Made by a program: the position numbers and the translations under genes. The notes beneath the pieces were generated by a model. That model searched no databases. It saw only the letters and a list, made by a program, of their open reading frames with translations, and was not told where the DNA came from. From the NCBI GenBank assembly GCA_023138735.1, contig JAGLOY010000011.1:40-64039 (forward strand): 64,000 bases of DNA, in the 5' to 3' direction. Positions 56,035-64,000 of this stretch are shown in pieces. Every line of letters starts with the position of its first letter. Positions within the stretch are counted from its first letter, which is position 1. This DNA is from Candidatus Aegiribacteria sp. Its GTDB lineage: Bacteria > Fermentibacterota > Fermentibacteria > Fermentibacterales > JCC-6.

Positions 56035-56541
56035 ATGAGAAGGCTGACTAACGTCGCACTCATACTTATATCACTATTCCTGATTATTTCCGGTTGCGGT
56101 TCAAGTAATCAGGAGATAATCATCGAGCCCTGGGATATTCTCCTTGCCGATCTTGAGTACGCCTGGGTTACCATGGATATTAACGCATTGGAGGATTGTT
56201 TCAGGGATGACTTTATGCACCATCTGCAAGAGGTGGACTGGGATGACTACAACGGTGACGGCGTTATAGACGAGTACTGGGGACTGGAGATTGAGCTGGA
56301 CTTTGCAGAGTTTGCTTTTGCAGAAGCGGATTCAATCTATTTCTCCCTTTCCGGAGGAGAGAGCTCCATATGGTCCGGTGACAGTACCGGTCAATCTATC
56401 GAAACGCCCAGAATACTGACAAGAGAGATCTTTTCCCCCGGTGATACGACACTGGAGGTTCGACCAGTTACTCTCATATGCAGGCCTGATTACCAGAATG
56501 AATGGTACATATGGCAATGGTTTGACGGGGAGGAACAGTAA
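56035..56541 (+). CDS. Lipoprotein, unknown function (paralog A)
   Basis: The lipobox is LFLIISGCGSS. It shares motifs with the next gene (LEYAWVTMD..CFRDDFMHHL; GDSTGQS; ICRPDYQNEWYIWQWFD). Confidence 0.7.
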   Translation: MRRLTNVALILISLFLIISGCGSSNQEIIIEPWDILLADLEYAWVTMDINALEDCFRDDFMHHLQEVDWDDYNGDGVIDEYWGLEIELDFAEFAFAEADSIYFSLSGGESSIWSGDSTGQSIETPRILTREIFSPGDTTLEVRPVTLICRPDYQNEWYIWQWFDGEEQ

Positions 56542-57146
56542 TGACCGACAGTAACAGCATCAGTAAGAAACACAATTCAATGGCTGCAATCGCGTCGGTA
56601 CTGACAGCGCTGCTTTTATCCATGGCTTGCCTTACCGGTCCGAGCAGCAGTGCACTTCCAAGTGCTCCATGGGAACCGGTCGACAGTGCCTGGAAAGCGA
56701 TCGAGAATCTGGAGTACGCTTACGAAACAAAGGATCTTGATCTCTATATGAGCTGCTTCAGGGAAGATTTTGAATTTCATCTGCTATGGTACAATCCTCA
56801 CGGTAGCTCCGCCAAACAGGACAGCTTCTGGGGATATGCAGCAGAGGAGCAGATCCATATGAACATGTTCGCTGCTGTACCCCTGATCGAGCTTATCCTA
56901 TCCGGCACTTCGGAGTATCCATGGACGGGTGATTCAACGGGGCAGTCATATCAGCTGGATCGAACTTTTAACCTCAAGGTGTACACCAGCATGTTTCCCG
57001 CTCAGGGTTACATGGCATCAGGCTCCACCCTTTTCATATGCCGACCTGATACCACTGATGACCAGTGGTACGTGTGGCATTGGTGGGACCTGTCGGATAC
57101 AAAGGAGAGTGTCACCTGGGCAACGTTAAAAATGATGTTTTACTGA
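56541..57146 (+). CDS. Lipoprotein/secreted protein, unknown function (paralog B)
   Basis: It has a signal plus LLSMACLTG. It shares motifs with paralog A (LEYAYETKD..CFREDFEFHL; GDSTGQS; ICRPDTTDDQWYVWHWWD). The start overlaps the previous stop. Confidence 0.7.
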   Translation: MTDSNSISKKHNSMAAIASVLTALLLSMACLTGPSSSALPSAPWEPVDSAWKAIENLEYAYETKDLDLYMSCFREDFEFHLLWYNPHGSSAKQDSFWGYAAEEQIHMNMFAAVPLIELILSGTSEYPWTGDSTGQSYQLDRTFNLKVYTSMFPAQGYMASGSTLFICRPDTTDDQWYVWHWWDLSDTKESVTWATLKMMFY

Positions 57147-57799
57147 ACGTAATAAGTCTCCAGGCTAACAGAAATCTCCTGTGTGTCACCAAGTTTTATG
57201 AAATCCCGTACAATGCCCGTTCCATCGTGGAAATACGAATCCCATTGATAAGTGGGCTCCGCAGTATCGGTCTGGGTTATAACTGCACACCCGCTGAATG
57301 ACCCTGCTGGAACGGTAACCGAAGCGCTCAGGCTGGTAACCTCACTTCCGTTAGTATTACCAGGCTGCGTCAGCCAGGATTCACCCAGCGTCAGAGGCAG
57401 CAAAGCAAACAGATCGTAGTCGGTTGACACTGTGTCCTCATATGCCCTTATCTCGTCACCTGTATTCCGTATGTAGACGAACTGGGTGTCTGCATAGGTC
57501 ATTGTTGTGTCTGGATTCGTGAGTATCATCTCCGTCTGTGACCTGAACTCGTATACCTCGAATCCTCCCTGGTGCGAGAGCAGAGCCGTCACTCTTCTTT
57601 CAGCGGATCCGCTTAAATCGAATGAGTCCAAACTTGTGCCAATAAATACGAATCCATCGTAGCCGTAGTTCCACCAGTTCCCAACTGTCATAGGCATCCA
57701 GTCTCCCTCGGGCGCAGGACCAGGTCCTGTTGTATCCCCGCCGCAAGCGAACAGGAATGCAATCACAAGAGCTACGGAAGCAAATGCAAATTTCCTCAT
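57140..57799 (-). CDS. Lipoprotein, unknown function
   Basis: The start is taken at M25 of the tracked ORF, after a GGAGAGGAG SD. This gives MRKFAFASVALVIAFLFACGGD, which contains a lipobox. Confidence 0.65.
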   Translation of the reverse strand: MRKFAFASVALVIAFLFACGGDTTGPGPAPEGDWMPMTVGNWWNYGYDGFVFIGTSLDSFDLSGSAERRVTALLSHQGGFEVYEFRSQTEMILTNPDTTMTYADTQFVYIRNTGDEIRAYEDTVSTDYDLFALLPLTLGESWLTQPGNTNGSEVTSLSASVTVPAGSFSGCAVITQTDTAEPTYQWDSYFHDGTGIVRDFIKLGDTQEISVSLETYYVQ

Positions 57800-57939
57800 A
57801 ATCCAAACTCCTCTCCTGGTAAAGAATCTCCTGAAGTAACAATAGTGCTGAAAGACTCCATCCGTCAACAAAGCTTATTGGGAGTAACGCAGTTGTGCTC
57901 AATCTGATCCTATTCTGTTTCTCTCTCGAATCGGATGAC

Positions 57940-57965
57940 TGTAACGAAAAGCATCATGTTCCGTC
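57940..57965 (+). promoter_or_regulatory. ECF-sigma-type promoter (TGTAAC-N16-CGTC)
   Basis: TGTAAC lies at 57940-57945, followed by a 16-nt spacer and CGTC at 57962-57965. It is about 50 nt upstream of the membrane protein-ECF sigma-anti-sigma operon. It resembles AAC/CGT-type ECF promoters, such as the B. subtilis SigX/SigW classes. Confidence 0.5.
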
Positions 57966-58019
57966 TGTTGGGGTGATGACATCGTATGATATACGCTCGA
58001 GAGACGAAGGGAGATGAAA

Positions 58020-58400
58020 ATGGGAGATACGGTGAGGCTTCTGGCGACATTGATCGTAATGGTCGGCGGACCGCTGGCCCTTGCGCTGGCAGTACTCATG
58101 AACAGACACCAGCTTGCATTGAAGAAGTACGAGAAGATCAATCAGGCTCTCGAATCGGGGAGGAGTCCGGAGGAGGTAGAGCAGATGATGAAGATCATGG
58201 AGACAACCAAAACCCCCAGGAGCAGAACCGGTTATTTCAGAGCCGGTTTCGTCATGATCGGTCTGAGTTTAGCTTCGCTCGTGGTAGGTCTCATTATCGG
58301 GGTTGAAGCATGTCTGGCAGCCGCTGGCGGCGGGCTGGTATTCGGACTGGCCCTCGTAGCCATCTGGTTCATTATGGATAGAAATTCGAAGACGGCATAA
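58020..58400 (+). CDS. Small membrane protein (3 TM) co-transcribed with the ECF sigma factor
   Basis: Hydrophobic helices flank a charged loop (ALESGRSPEEVEQMMKIMETTK). The ATG at 58020 has better SD spacing (AAGGGAG) than the ATG at 58014. Confidence 0.65.
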   Translation: MGDTVRLLATLIVMVGGPLALALAVLMNRHQLALKKYEKINQALESGRSPEEVEQMMKIMETTKTPRSRTGYFRAGFVMIGLSLASLVVGLIIGVEACLAAAGGGLVFGLALVAIWFIMDRNSKTA

Positions 58401-58403
58401 AGA

Positions 58404-58970
58404 TTGATTAACGATCCGGACAGGCTGGATGACGTCAGACTTGCCTGCGGAGGTGACAGGCAGGCCTTCGGCAGGCTGATAGATGATTACGGTGGGCTGG
58501 TATACACACTGTTGCACCGTATGGTTCAAGATCGGGACACTGCCAGAGACCTTGCGCAGGACACCTTCGTAAAAACCTGGACCAAACTCCGCAGTCTCCG
58601 GAAGCATGCGAGTTTTCCTTCGTGGATATGCTCTGTCGCCCGGAGGACAGCACTGGATCACCTGCGCAGAATAAAGGTCAGGAAGGAGGTCAGCATGCCC
58701 GAGGAAAGCTTTGTAGAAAACCCTGATAACTGCACGCAAGAACTCTCACCTGAAGGTATCGCCCTGCTCAAGCAGGCTGTATGCAAGCTCTCCGATCGGG
58801 ATAGACAGCTAATTACACTGGCGTACTGGAAGGAGTTGAATCTTTCGGATGTTGGACGTATCATGGGTATACCGGAGTCCAACGTACGTGTTTACCTTCA
58901 CCGGGCCAGGAAAAGGCTGAGAGAACACTTGAGAGGATACGAGAATGAGCTCCTGCAGCAGATCGACTAG
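58404..58970 (+). CDS. ECF-family RNA polymerase sigma factor
   Basis: Region 2 reads FGRLIDDYGGLVYTLLHRMV..DLAQDTFVKTW and region 4 reads LNLSDVGRIMGIPESNVRVYLHRARKRL. TTG start. Confidence 0.9.
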   Translation: MINDPDRLDDVRLACGGDRQAFGRLIDDYGGLVYTLLHRMVQDRDTARDLAQDTFVKTWTKLRSLRKHASFPSWICSVARRTALDHLRRIKVRKEVSMPEESFVENPDNCTQELSPEGIALLKQAVCKLSDRDRQLITLAYWKELNLSDVGRIMGIPESNVRVYLHRARKRLREHLRGYENELLQQID

Positions 58971-59415
58971 CGTACTATCCTACCTTCTGGATGAGCTGGA
59001 AGAGGATGATAAGGTTCTGTTCGAAAGGCACCTCGAGAACTGCCCCTTCTGCCGTGACGAGCTGAGGCTTGAGCGTATCCTGCAGAACGGGCTGTCCGAA
59101 TGCACGAAGCCGAGTGCAGCGCCACCTGAACTCAGACTGAACGTACTGAAGAGAACGCTGACAGCGCAGCAGCCCCGGTTCCCTTTCCTGCAGATCGCAG
59201 TCACGCTTCTTTCAGGCACAGCGGTTTTCATAGTCTTGCTGAAAGTCCTCCGCGGCTCAGGTCTGCTCGAAACAGGTTTCGGATTACTGATGCGTTTCGC
59301 CAATGGAATATTCGCAGCTCTCGAACCGGCAAACTCTCTTCCCCTGATGATCGGTTTAGGAATTGTACTGATAGGAATCGCCACGGGAGTGGCTTCGCTG
59401 TTACCGGAGAAGTAG
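58945..59415 (+). CDS. Anti-sigma factor (zf-HC2 type) with TM segments
   Basis: The HxxxCxxC motif is HLENCPFCRDEL. Hydrophobic helices follow. It overlaps the sigma gene by 26 nt. Confidence 0.85.
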   Translation: MSSCSRSTSVLSYLLDELEEDDKVLFERHLENCPFCRDELRLERILQNGLSECTKPSAAPPELRLNVLKRTLTAQQPRFPFLQIAVTLLSGTAVFIVLLKVLRGSGLLETGFGLLMRFANGIFAALEPANSLPLMIGLGIVLIGIATGVASLLPEK

Positions 59416-59453
59416 CCTCCGGTTCAAGTCATGCTAAATAGGAGAGGATCACC

Positions 59454-60572
59454 ATGAAATTCCCGATTATCTGTACGTTCTGCACGATGCTGATAGCCCT
59501 GGTTTCAGGATGCGGTAATGATTCCGAGGTAGTTGTCATTGAGCAGACGGAGGAGATGATAGAGCTGTCTGTAAAATTCAGTATCGGAGCAGAGACAGGA
59601 GACAGTACAGAAGCCTTTGGTTCAATAACGGATGCTTGTCATGACACTGCAGGACGGATACTCGTTCTCGATCAAACTCTCTGCGGAGTGCCGGTCTTCA
59701 GCAATGATGGTGAATATATCTGTCAGATCGGCCGCAGCGGTGCAGGACCTGGTGAATTTCTAATGCCGCTTTACGTCGCCGGCCTGAACGATGGCAGAAT
59801 TCTCGTTCACGACCCAATGAGTAACGCTTTCGTATCCTACGACAGCAGTTTTAGTTACATAGAGAACATCTCCCTCTGGGACAATGGTCCACCTCTTGAA
59901 ACCTGTGCTGTTGCCGAAAGCTGCTATGCGGGTATTGTTCTGGGATTTGACATGGAGACTGATCAGCCGATGATAGTCCGGAGCCTGGCAAAATACAGCG
60001 TTAACAGGGAACCTGATATGCTGTACTTCGAGGATGAAGTACCTTTCGATTTTTCTGACTTCACCAGTGTACTCAGCAACATGATGTTCTCCTTCTCCCT
60101 CACAGGAGACAGCTTTGGGAGATTCTTTTACTCTCCGACATCCAGCGAAACTTACGAAGTTTTCGCCTTCAATCATGATGGAAGCGAGCTCTTTCACATC
60201 TCAAGAGACCTTCCACGTGTCGAAAAGACCGAGCAGGAGATGGAAGATGAGATCATTTACATTGAGAGCTGGGCGAACAGAATAGGTATGCAGGGTGTCG
60301 TGATAGAATGGGAGCCGGACCCCTACAGAACATTCATCAAAGCTCTCGGTGTTGACAGCGCTGAACGCCTGTGGGTTGTCAGAGGGACCGAGCTTGAACC
60401 GGTTTTCGATGTTTTCGATATGTCCGGAACACACCTGTTCTCCGCACGGCTTCCGGTTGAAAGCGGCAGCTGGAAATTCCATATAGACAGCTTCGGCATA
60501 TTGGGCTGGGAAGAGGATCCTCCCGACGGATTCCAGAAGCTCTACATCATCGATTTCCCTGCAGTTTCATAA
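59454..60572 (+). CDS. Lipoprotein, 6-bladed beta-propeller (NHL-like) family
   Basis: The lipobox is LIALVSGCGND. It carries IGRSGAGPGEFLMP, a typical blade motif of this family. Confidence 0.7.
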   Translation: MKFPIICTFCTMLIALVSGCGNDSEVVVIEQTEEMIELSVKFSIGAETGDSTEAFGSITDACHDTAGRILVLDQTLCGVPVFSNDGEYICQIGRSGAGPGEFLMPLYVAGLNDGRILVHDPMSNAFVSYDSSFSYIENISLWDNGPPLETCAVAESCYAGIVLGFDMETDQPMIVRSLAKYSVNREPDMLYFEDEVPFDFSDFTSVLSNMMFSFSLTGDSFGRFFYSPTSSETYEVFAFNHDGSELFHISRDLPRVEKTEQEMEDEIIYIESWANRIGMQGVVIEWEPDPYRTFIKALGVDSAERLWVVRGTELEPVFDVFDMSGTHLFSARLPVESGSWKFHIDSFGILGWEEDPPDGFQKLYIIDFPAVS

Positions 60573-60573
60573 G

Positions 60574-62091
60574 TTACATATCCGTCTTAACGGATTCGGT
60601 GGTGAACAGGTAAAGCCCTTCAATAGGCTGGTAGTCGTAGTAGAATACGATACCGTGGGCTGCCGGCTGAGTCGCGTGCTCCGGGACAGAACTTATATAT
60701 ACTTTCACGTAATGACCATTTGAAAGTTCACAGAAGATAACGTCACCCGGAATGATGTATCCGGTAGTCCACCAGGATCCGGTAGGGTATCCGAATATGG
60801 AACCCGCGTCGGTCATATCGGTATGATTTCCGTTTCCGAAGGGGGCAACATCACCCGAATAGAAACCGCAGGGGCTCTCGGGCCAGCCGCCATCGAAACA
60901 GTAAATGTCCTGTATGAAGGAAATGCTTGGGGCCAGCCCTGTTGTTCCTGCTGTAGCACCGAAAATGAACGCCGAGTGTTCATTGGGCGGGGCATGGTTA
61001 TCCCAGATTGTGTAGGTAGCATTAATCTGGTTGGGCATAGTGCTGACTTCGTTGGAGTATCCGGCTGAGGAGCTGGTTCCCTTGTATGCTGTTACTACGT
61101 AGTACCCGGCGGAAGTTGCTGTATGGGTAAACGCGTTTGTTGTTACATCGCCAACCTCTGCCCAGTCGGCTCCCGAAGTCGCTTTGAACCAGACCTTGTA
61201 TCCGTCTATGTCAGTCATCGCTATCCAGGTAAGAACAACATCTCTTCCAATGGAAGCTGGGGCTATTGCCACACCCGCCACGTTATCAAGTGTTCCGCCG
61301 GTAGAATCCACGTAAACCGAGATCTCATTACTCCAGCTGAAAAGATACTTACTATTCGTGGTCATCAGTGCGTAGTAGTAGGTGAGATTCGGAGTAACGT
61401 CGCCGTCGGTATACGTTGTGTCCCAGGCTTGGGAGACAGTACAGATGCGCACGGCATATGAAGTATCATTCTGGATGTTCGGTGTTTGAGATCGGTAGAG
61501 CCTGTAGGAGTCAAAGTCATCGTCGGGACACGAGGACCAGTACAGATCGACAAAGCTGGATACTACGGAGTCAGCAGATAGAACCGATGCCGTCGGCGCT
61601 GTTCCGGAAGTACTGATCGAGTCTTCATTGCTCCAGACACCGTTATCATTGGTATCTGTCGTTTGCAATGCATAGTAGTACTGCGTGGCCCATTCTACAT
61701 CACTGTCAATGTATTCAGATTCGTTAACATCGCTGATGACTCTAAGAACAGTTGCAGAGGATGGGTCGGAAGAGATTCCAGAAGATTCGGAGCGATACAG
61801 AATATAGCTTTTGAAGGCTGCTTCACCGCAAATCGTCCATGATGCCGTTACTTCACAAACTCCCTGTGAATCAGTTTCATCTTCCCGGGAAACAGCTATT
61901 GACAGAGCCGTATGGGATGAAATCCCTGTGGTAGAATTCTCTCCGGCTTTGGACGAATCTCCTGTAAATTCCAGTGAAAGTGTGGATGGGGTTACATCAG
62001 CACCCGATGGCCCTGTACTGTCTTCTCCACAAGAAATTATCAGTACAAATGCAGTTACTAACGGCAGGATTATTCCTGTTTTCATCTTCAT
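60574..62091 (-). CDS. Secreted/lipoprotein with three FN3-like repeats and a C-terminal domain of unknown function
   Basis: The start is taken at MKMKTGIILPLVTAFVLIISCGED. Three repeats have the pattern (F/I)xSY.LYRS...YYYAL.TT...WSNE.S. Confidence 0.7.
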   Translation of the reverse strand: MKMKTGIILPLVTAFVLIISCGEDSTGPSGADVTPSTLSLEFTGDSSKAGENSTTGISSHTALSIAVSREDETDSQGVCEVTASWTICGEAAFKSYILYRSESSGISSDPSSATVLRVISDVNESEYIDSDVEWATQYYYALQTTDTNDNGVWSNEDSISTSGTAPTASVLSADSVVSSFVDLYWSSCPDDDFDSYRLYRSQTPNIQNDTSYAVRICTVSQAWDTTYTDGDVTPNLTYYYALMTTNSKYLFSWSNEISVYVDSTGGTLDNVAGVAIAPASIGRDVVLTWIAMTDIDGYKVWFKATSGADWAEVGDVTTNAFTHTATSAGYYVVTAYKGTSSSAGYSNEVSTMPNQINATYTIWDNHAPPNEHSAFIFGATAGTTGLAPSISFIQDIYCFDGGWPESPCGFYSGDVAPFGNGNHTDMTDAGSIFGYPTGSWWTTGYIIPGDVIFCELSNGHYVKVYISSVPEHATQPAAHGIVFYYDYQPIEGLYLFTTESVKTDM

Positions 62092-62274
62092 CCCCCAAGC
62101 TATATGCATATTCAAACAACGCTGGAATAGTTTTATAGTAGTTATATAGTCAATCCTCCTCACCATCGACACCTGCGGAACAGAGAACTTAGCAGTCTTG
62201 ACTATTAACTGAAAATATACGTAGAATAGTCACTTACTTAGAGTATCTGACGAGTAAAAATTGGAAAGGACAAT

Positions 62275-62790
62275 ATGACAGGAATTATTCTGTCGATTCT
62301 CATCCTCACCGGTATCAATCCTCGAGTTGCTCCAGACAGAATGAGCACGTTCACATTTTCCGGGGGGTATGGCAACAGAACCGGAAGTAACGTTGTATCC
62401 GGTTCTATCGCTTTAAGAACTAATCTTGTAGTACATCTCTCAAATTCACTGGAAATCGGGCTTAATGGAGGATTGTATTGCATTGAACAGGAACAATACC
62501 CCGGAGGGGAAGATTATCCTCTAAAAAATGGCATCATTCATGCAGGGGTCATCGGGCGTTATATATCTCAGGGTTCCAGATGGAGGTTCTTCATGGAAAT
62601 CGGTTCCGGATACTACTCGTGGAATCAGAATTTTCTTGGATATAGCACTGGAGGGGGAATACGATACTATCCTGCCGGATCAAATTATTTCTATTGCCTT
62701 GAGGGTAAATGGCACGACAACATTCAGAATTTGTCTGAACCGTCTCCAGGATTTTATACAATAACTGCAGGGCTTGGTTTCTCTTGGTAA
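62275..62790 (+). CDS. Possible small outer-membrane beta-barrel protein
   Basis: The 171-aa ORF has an alternating hydrophobic pattern and a C-terminal aromatic terminus (...ITAGLGFSW). A candidate promoter lies upstream: TTGACT at 62198-62203, an 18-nt spacer, then TAGAAT at 62222-62227. Confidence 0.5.
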   Translation: MTGIILSILILTGINPRVAPDRMSTFTFSGGYGNRTGSNVVSGSIALRTNLVVHLSNSLEIGLNGGLYCIEQEQYPGGEDYPLKNGIIHAGVIGRYISQGSRWRFFMEIGSGYYSWNQNFLGYSTGGGIRYYPAGSNYFYCLEGKWHDNIQNLSEPSPGFYTITAGLGFSW

Positions 62791-63293
62791 CATGCAAGGT
62801 TATTCTGCGTACAGTATCGTTATCCCTGATTGTTATCCTGCTGGTCTCCTGCAGTAGCAATACTCTTGTCCAGCTGCCATCAACTCCCGAGCAAAAACTG
62901 TCTGTGATTTTATCGCTTGATCCCGGGAATACAATACAATATTCTACAAATGGATCCGATAATCTAGTTGAAGGCGTGCTCCAGGAAGTGACAGAAGACA
63001 GTTTATACATATGGTGCAATGATACCGAAATCGGTGCTGCATCCAATGAGATAGATTCCCTCTGGATCAGGCAGCGATCTGTAAGATCAGGTATTAAAAC
63101 AGGAGCGATAATCGGTTGGTCCGCCGTTACCGGTTACGCCATTCTAGCAATTCTCTACATCGATGCGACAGGTGACAGGAGTTACTCCAATCTTCTCCTG
63201 GCTCCACTTATTGGTGTTGTCGGGGCTGTTGGAGGCGGAGGAATCGGAGCCTGTGCTGGGGCAGCCATAACTAAATGGGAGCGGCTATTCTAG
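62784..63293 (+). CDS. Lipoprotein with a C-terminal Gly-rich membrane segment
   Basis: The lipobox is LLVSCSSN. The C-terminal glycine-zipper-like segment reads GVVGAVGGGGIGACAGAAI. Confidence 0.6.
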   Translation: MVTCKVILRTVSLSLIVILLVSCSSNTLVQLPSTPEQKLSVILSLDPGNTIQYSTNGSDNLVEGVLQEVTEDSLYIWCNDTEIGAASNEIDSLWIRQRSVRSGIKTGAIIGWSAVTGYAILAILYIDATGDRSYSNLLLAPLIGVVGAVGGGGIGACAGAAITKWERLF

Positions 63294-63413
63294 ACAGCCG
63301 GGAGGAAGGCGTAAAGATTGCCATCAGTGGCTGCGATATACATGACCCCATCCGAATTAAGCTATAGTTTGTTGTGAAGCAACACTCATAGCAAAGTTTG
63401 AGAGGATTGAGAT

Positions 63414-63785
63414 ATGGCAAACGTTAACGTAAAAGGATTGCAGGTATTAAGCTCGTATGTTTCAGATCTGGAGAAATCAGTTAAATTCTACAAGGAGATT
63501 CTAGGATTCAGTCAATTGGGCGAAGTACCTCCGGGACTTACATTACGTGCAGGTGACCTCACTCTTTACTTAGAGCCAGGTCGGAAATCAAAAGTAGCAG
63601 AGCCTGGAATTCATGCTGAGTTCAGTCCCTGTTTTGAAACGGATAGCGTAAAAGCTACGTACATAACACTGAAAGAACTTGGAGTTCCTATTTTCGAGGA
63701 TTACCAGGAGTATTCACCGGACTTCGCAATGTTCAAAATCACTGATCCAGATGGTAATGTGATTGAGTTTGCGGGTACTCCGTGA
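63414..63785 (+). CDS. VOC/glyoxalase-family protein
   Basis: The 123-aa ORF has a beta-alpha-beta-beta-beta pattern. It begins LQVLSSYVSDLEKSVKFYKEILGF and ends DPDGNVIEF. Confidence 0.75.
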   Translation: MANVNVKGLQVLSSYVSDLEKSVKFYKEILGFSQLGEVPPGLTLRAGDLTLYLEPGRKSKVAEPGIHAEFSPCFETDSVKATYITLKELGVPIFEDYQEYSPDFAMFKITDPDGNVIEFAGTP

Positions 63786-64000
63786 ATCATGAAGCAACCT
63801 AATTCTACTCAGTCTGTGCTTGAATTGAACTGATATTGAAAATGTAACATGGCAGACAATGAATCAATCTTGAACTGGTTAAGAGGAAAACACTCCAAAT
63901 TGAGTTTGAGGACTTATCTATCAGCAAGAAGGAGAGTCTTGCATTCGAGAGTTGCAATTCCCCACAAAGTATATTAGCTTCAAATATGAACAATTAGCTT

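Noticed and set aside
63848-63973. A 41-codon ORF (MADNESILNWLRGKHSKLSLRTYLSARRRV...) lies in the AT-richer right end. It might be a remnant of an integrase N-terminus or the edge of a mobile element.
   Set aside because: It is too short and too weakly similar to any family to call. No repeats, tRNA or recombinase motifs are visible before the window ends.
1-64000. A search for CRISPR arrays, rRNA/tRNA genes, IS elements, prophage genes and known defence or toxin-antitoxin modules.
   Set aside because: By eye I found no direct-repeat/spacer periodicity. There are no tRNA-like T-arm or acceptor patterns in the intergenic regions. The one GGTTCGAAT at 3361 is inside yidC. No transposase, integrase, nuclease or toxin-like ORFs were seen. 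A covariance-model scan (tRNAscan/Infernal) would be needed to exclude small RNAs formally.

Overview
This window is the chromosomal replication-origin neighbourhood of an anaerobic, diderm, fermentative bacterium. GC is about 50% by eye. The lineage looks uncultivated and FCB-superphylum-like, an inference from T9SS-type C-terminal sorting domains and the gene content. The left end carries dnaN' <- dnaA with a DnaA-box cluster. It diverges from an intact ancestral array: rpmH/rnpA-yidD-yidC-mnmE-mnmG-rsmG-parA-parB, with a parS site at the mnmG/rsmG junction. Further right come these blocks:
- a ferredoxin gene
- an envelope-glycan operon ending in a tri-domain GT4-formyltransferase-deacetylase fusion
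- ptb-buk-iorAB, an amino-acid fermentation / ATP module
- a block of secreted proteases and beta-propeller proteins
- a methylmalonyl-CoA mutase (B12 subunit)-meaB-mce-mmdADCB Na+-decarboxylase operon
- prs and a 992-aa GNAT fusion
- a tldD-pmbA-nitroreductase-pepP-tadA-metallophosphoesterase operon
- a papain-like peptidase, a phosphohexomutase, a PAS-rich hybrid histidine kinase and an EamA transporter
- a 910-aa helical protein
- an envelope island of lipoproteins around an ECF sigma/anti-sigma pair

I saw no rRNA, tRNA, CRISPR array, transposase/integrase or recognisable defence system.

The most unusual signals are:
1. A secreted beta-propeller gene with a T9SS C-terminal domain is interrupted by a single in-frame UGA (T-C-UGA-G). 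A 39-nt two-tier hairpin follows it immediately, with SECIS-like geometry. This is a candidate exported selenoprotein, or a recoding site.
2. rpmH lies entirely inside the rnpA reading frame, as in Thermus.
3. One polypeptide fuses a GT4 glycosyltransferase, a formyltransferase and a polysaccharide deacetylase.
4. An ECF-type promoter (TGTAAC-N16-CGTC) sits in front of a membrane protein-sigma-anti-sigma operon inside an island of unknown lipoproteins.

All calls come from reading the sequence and the ORF translations. No database search was run.
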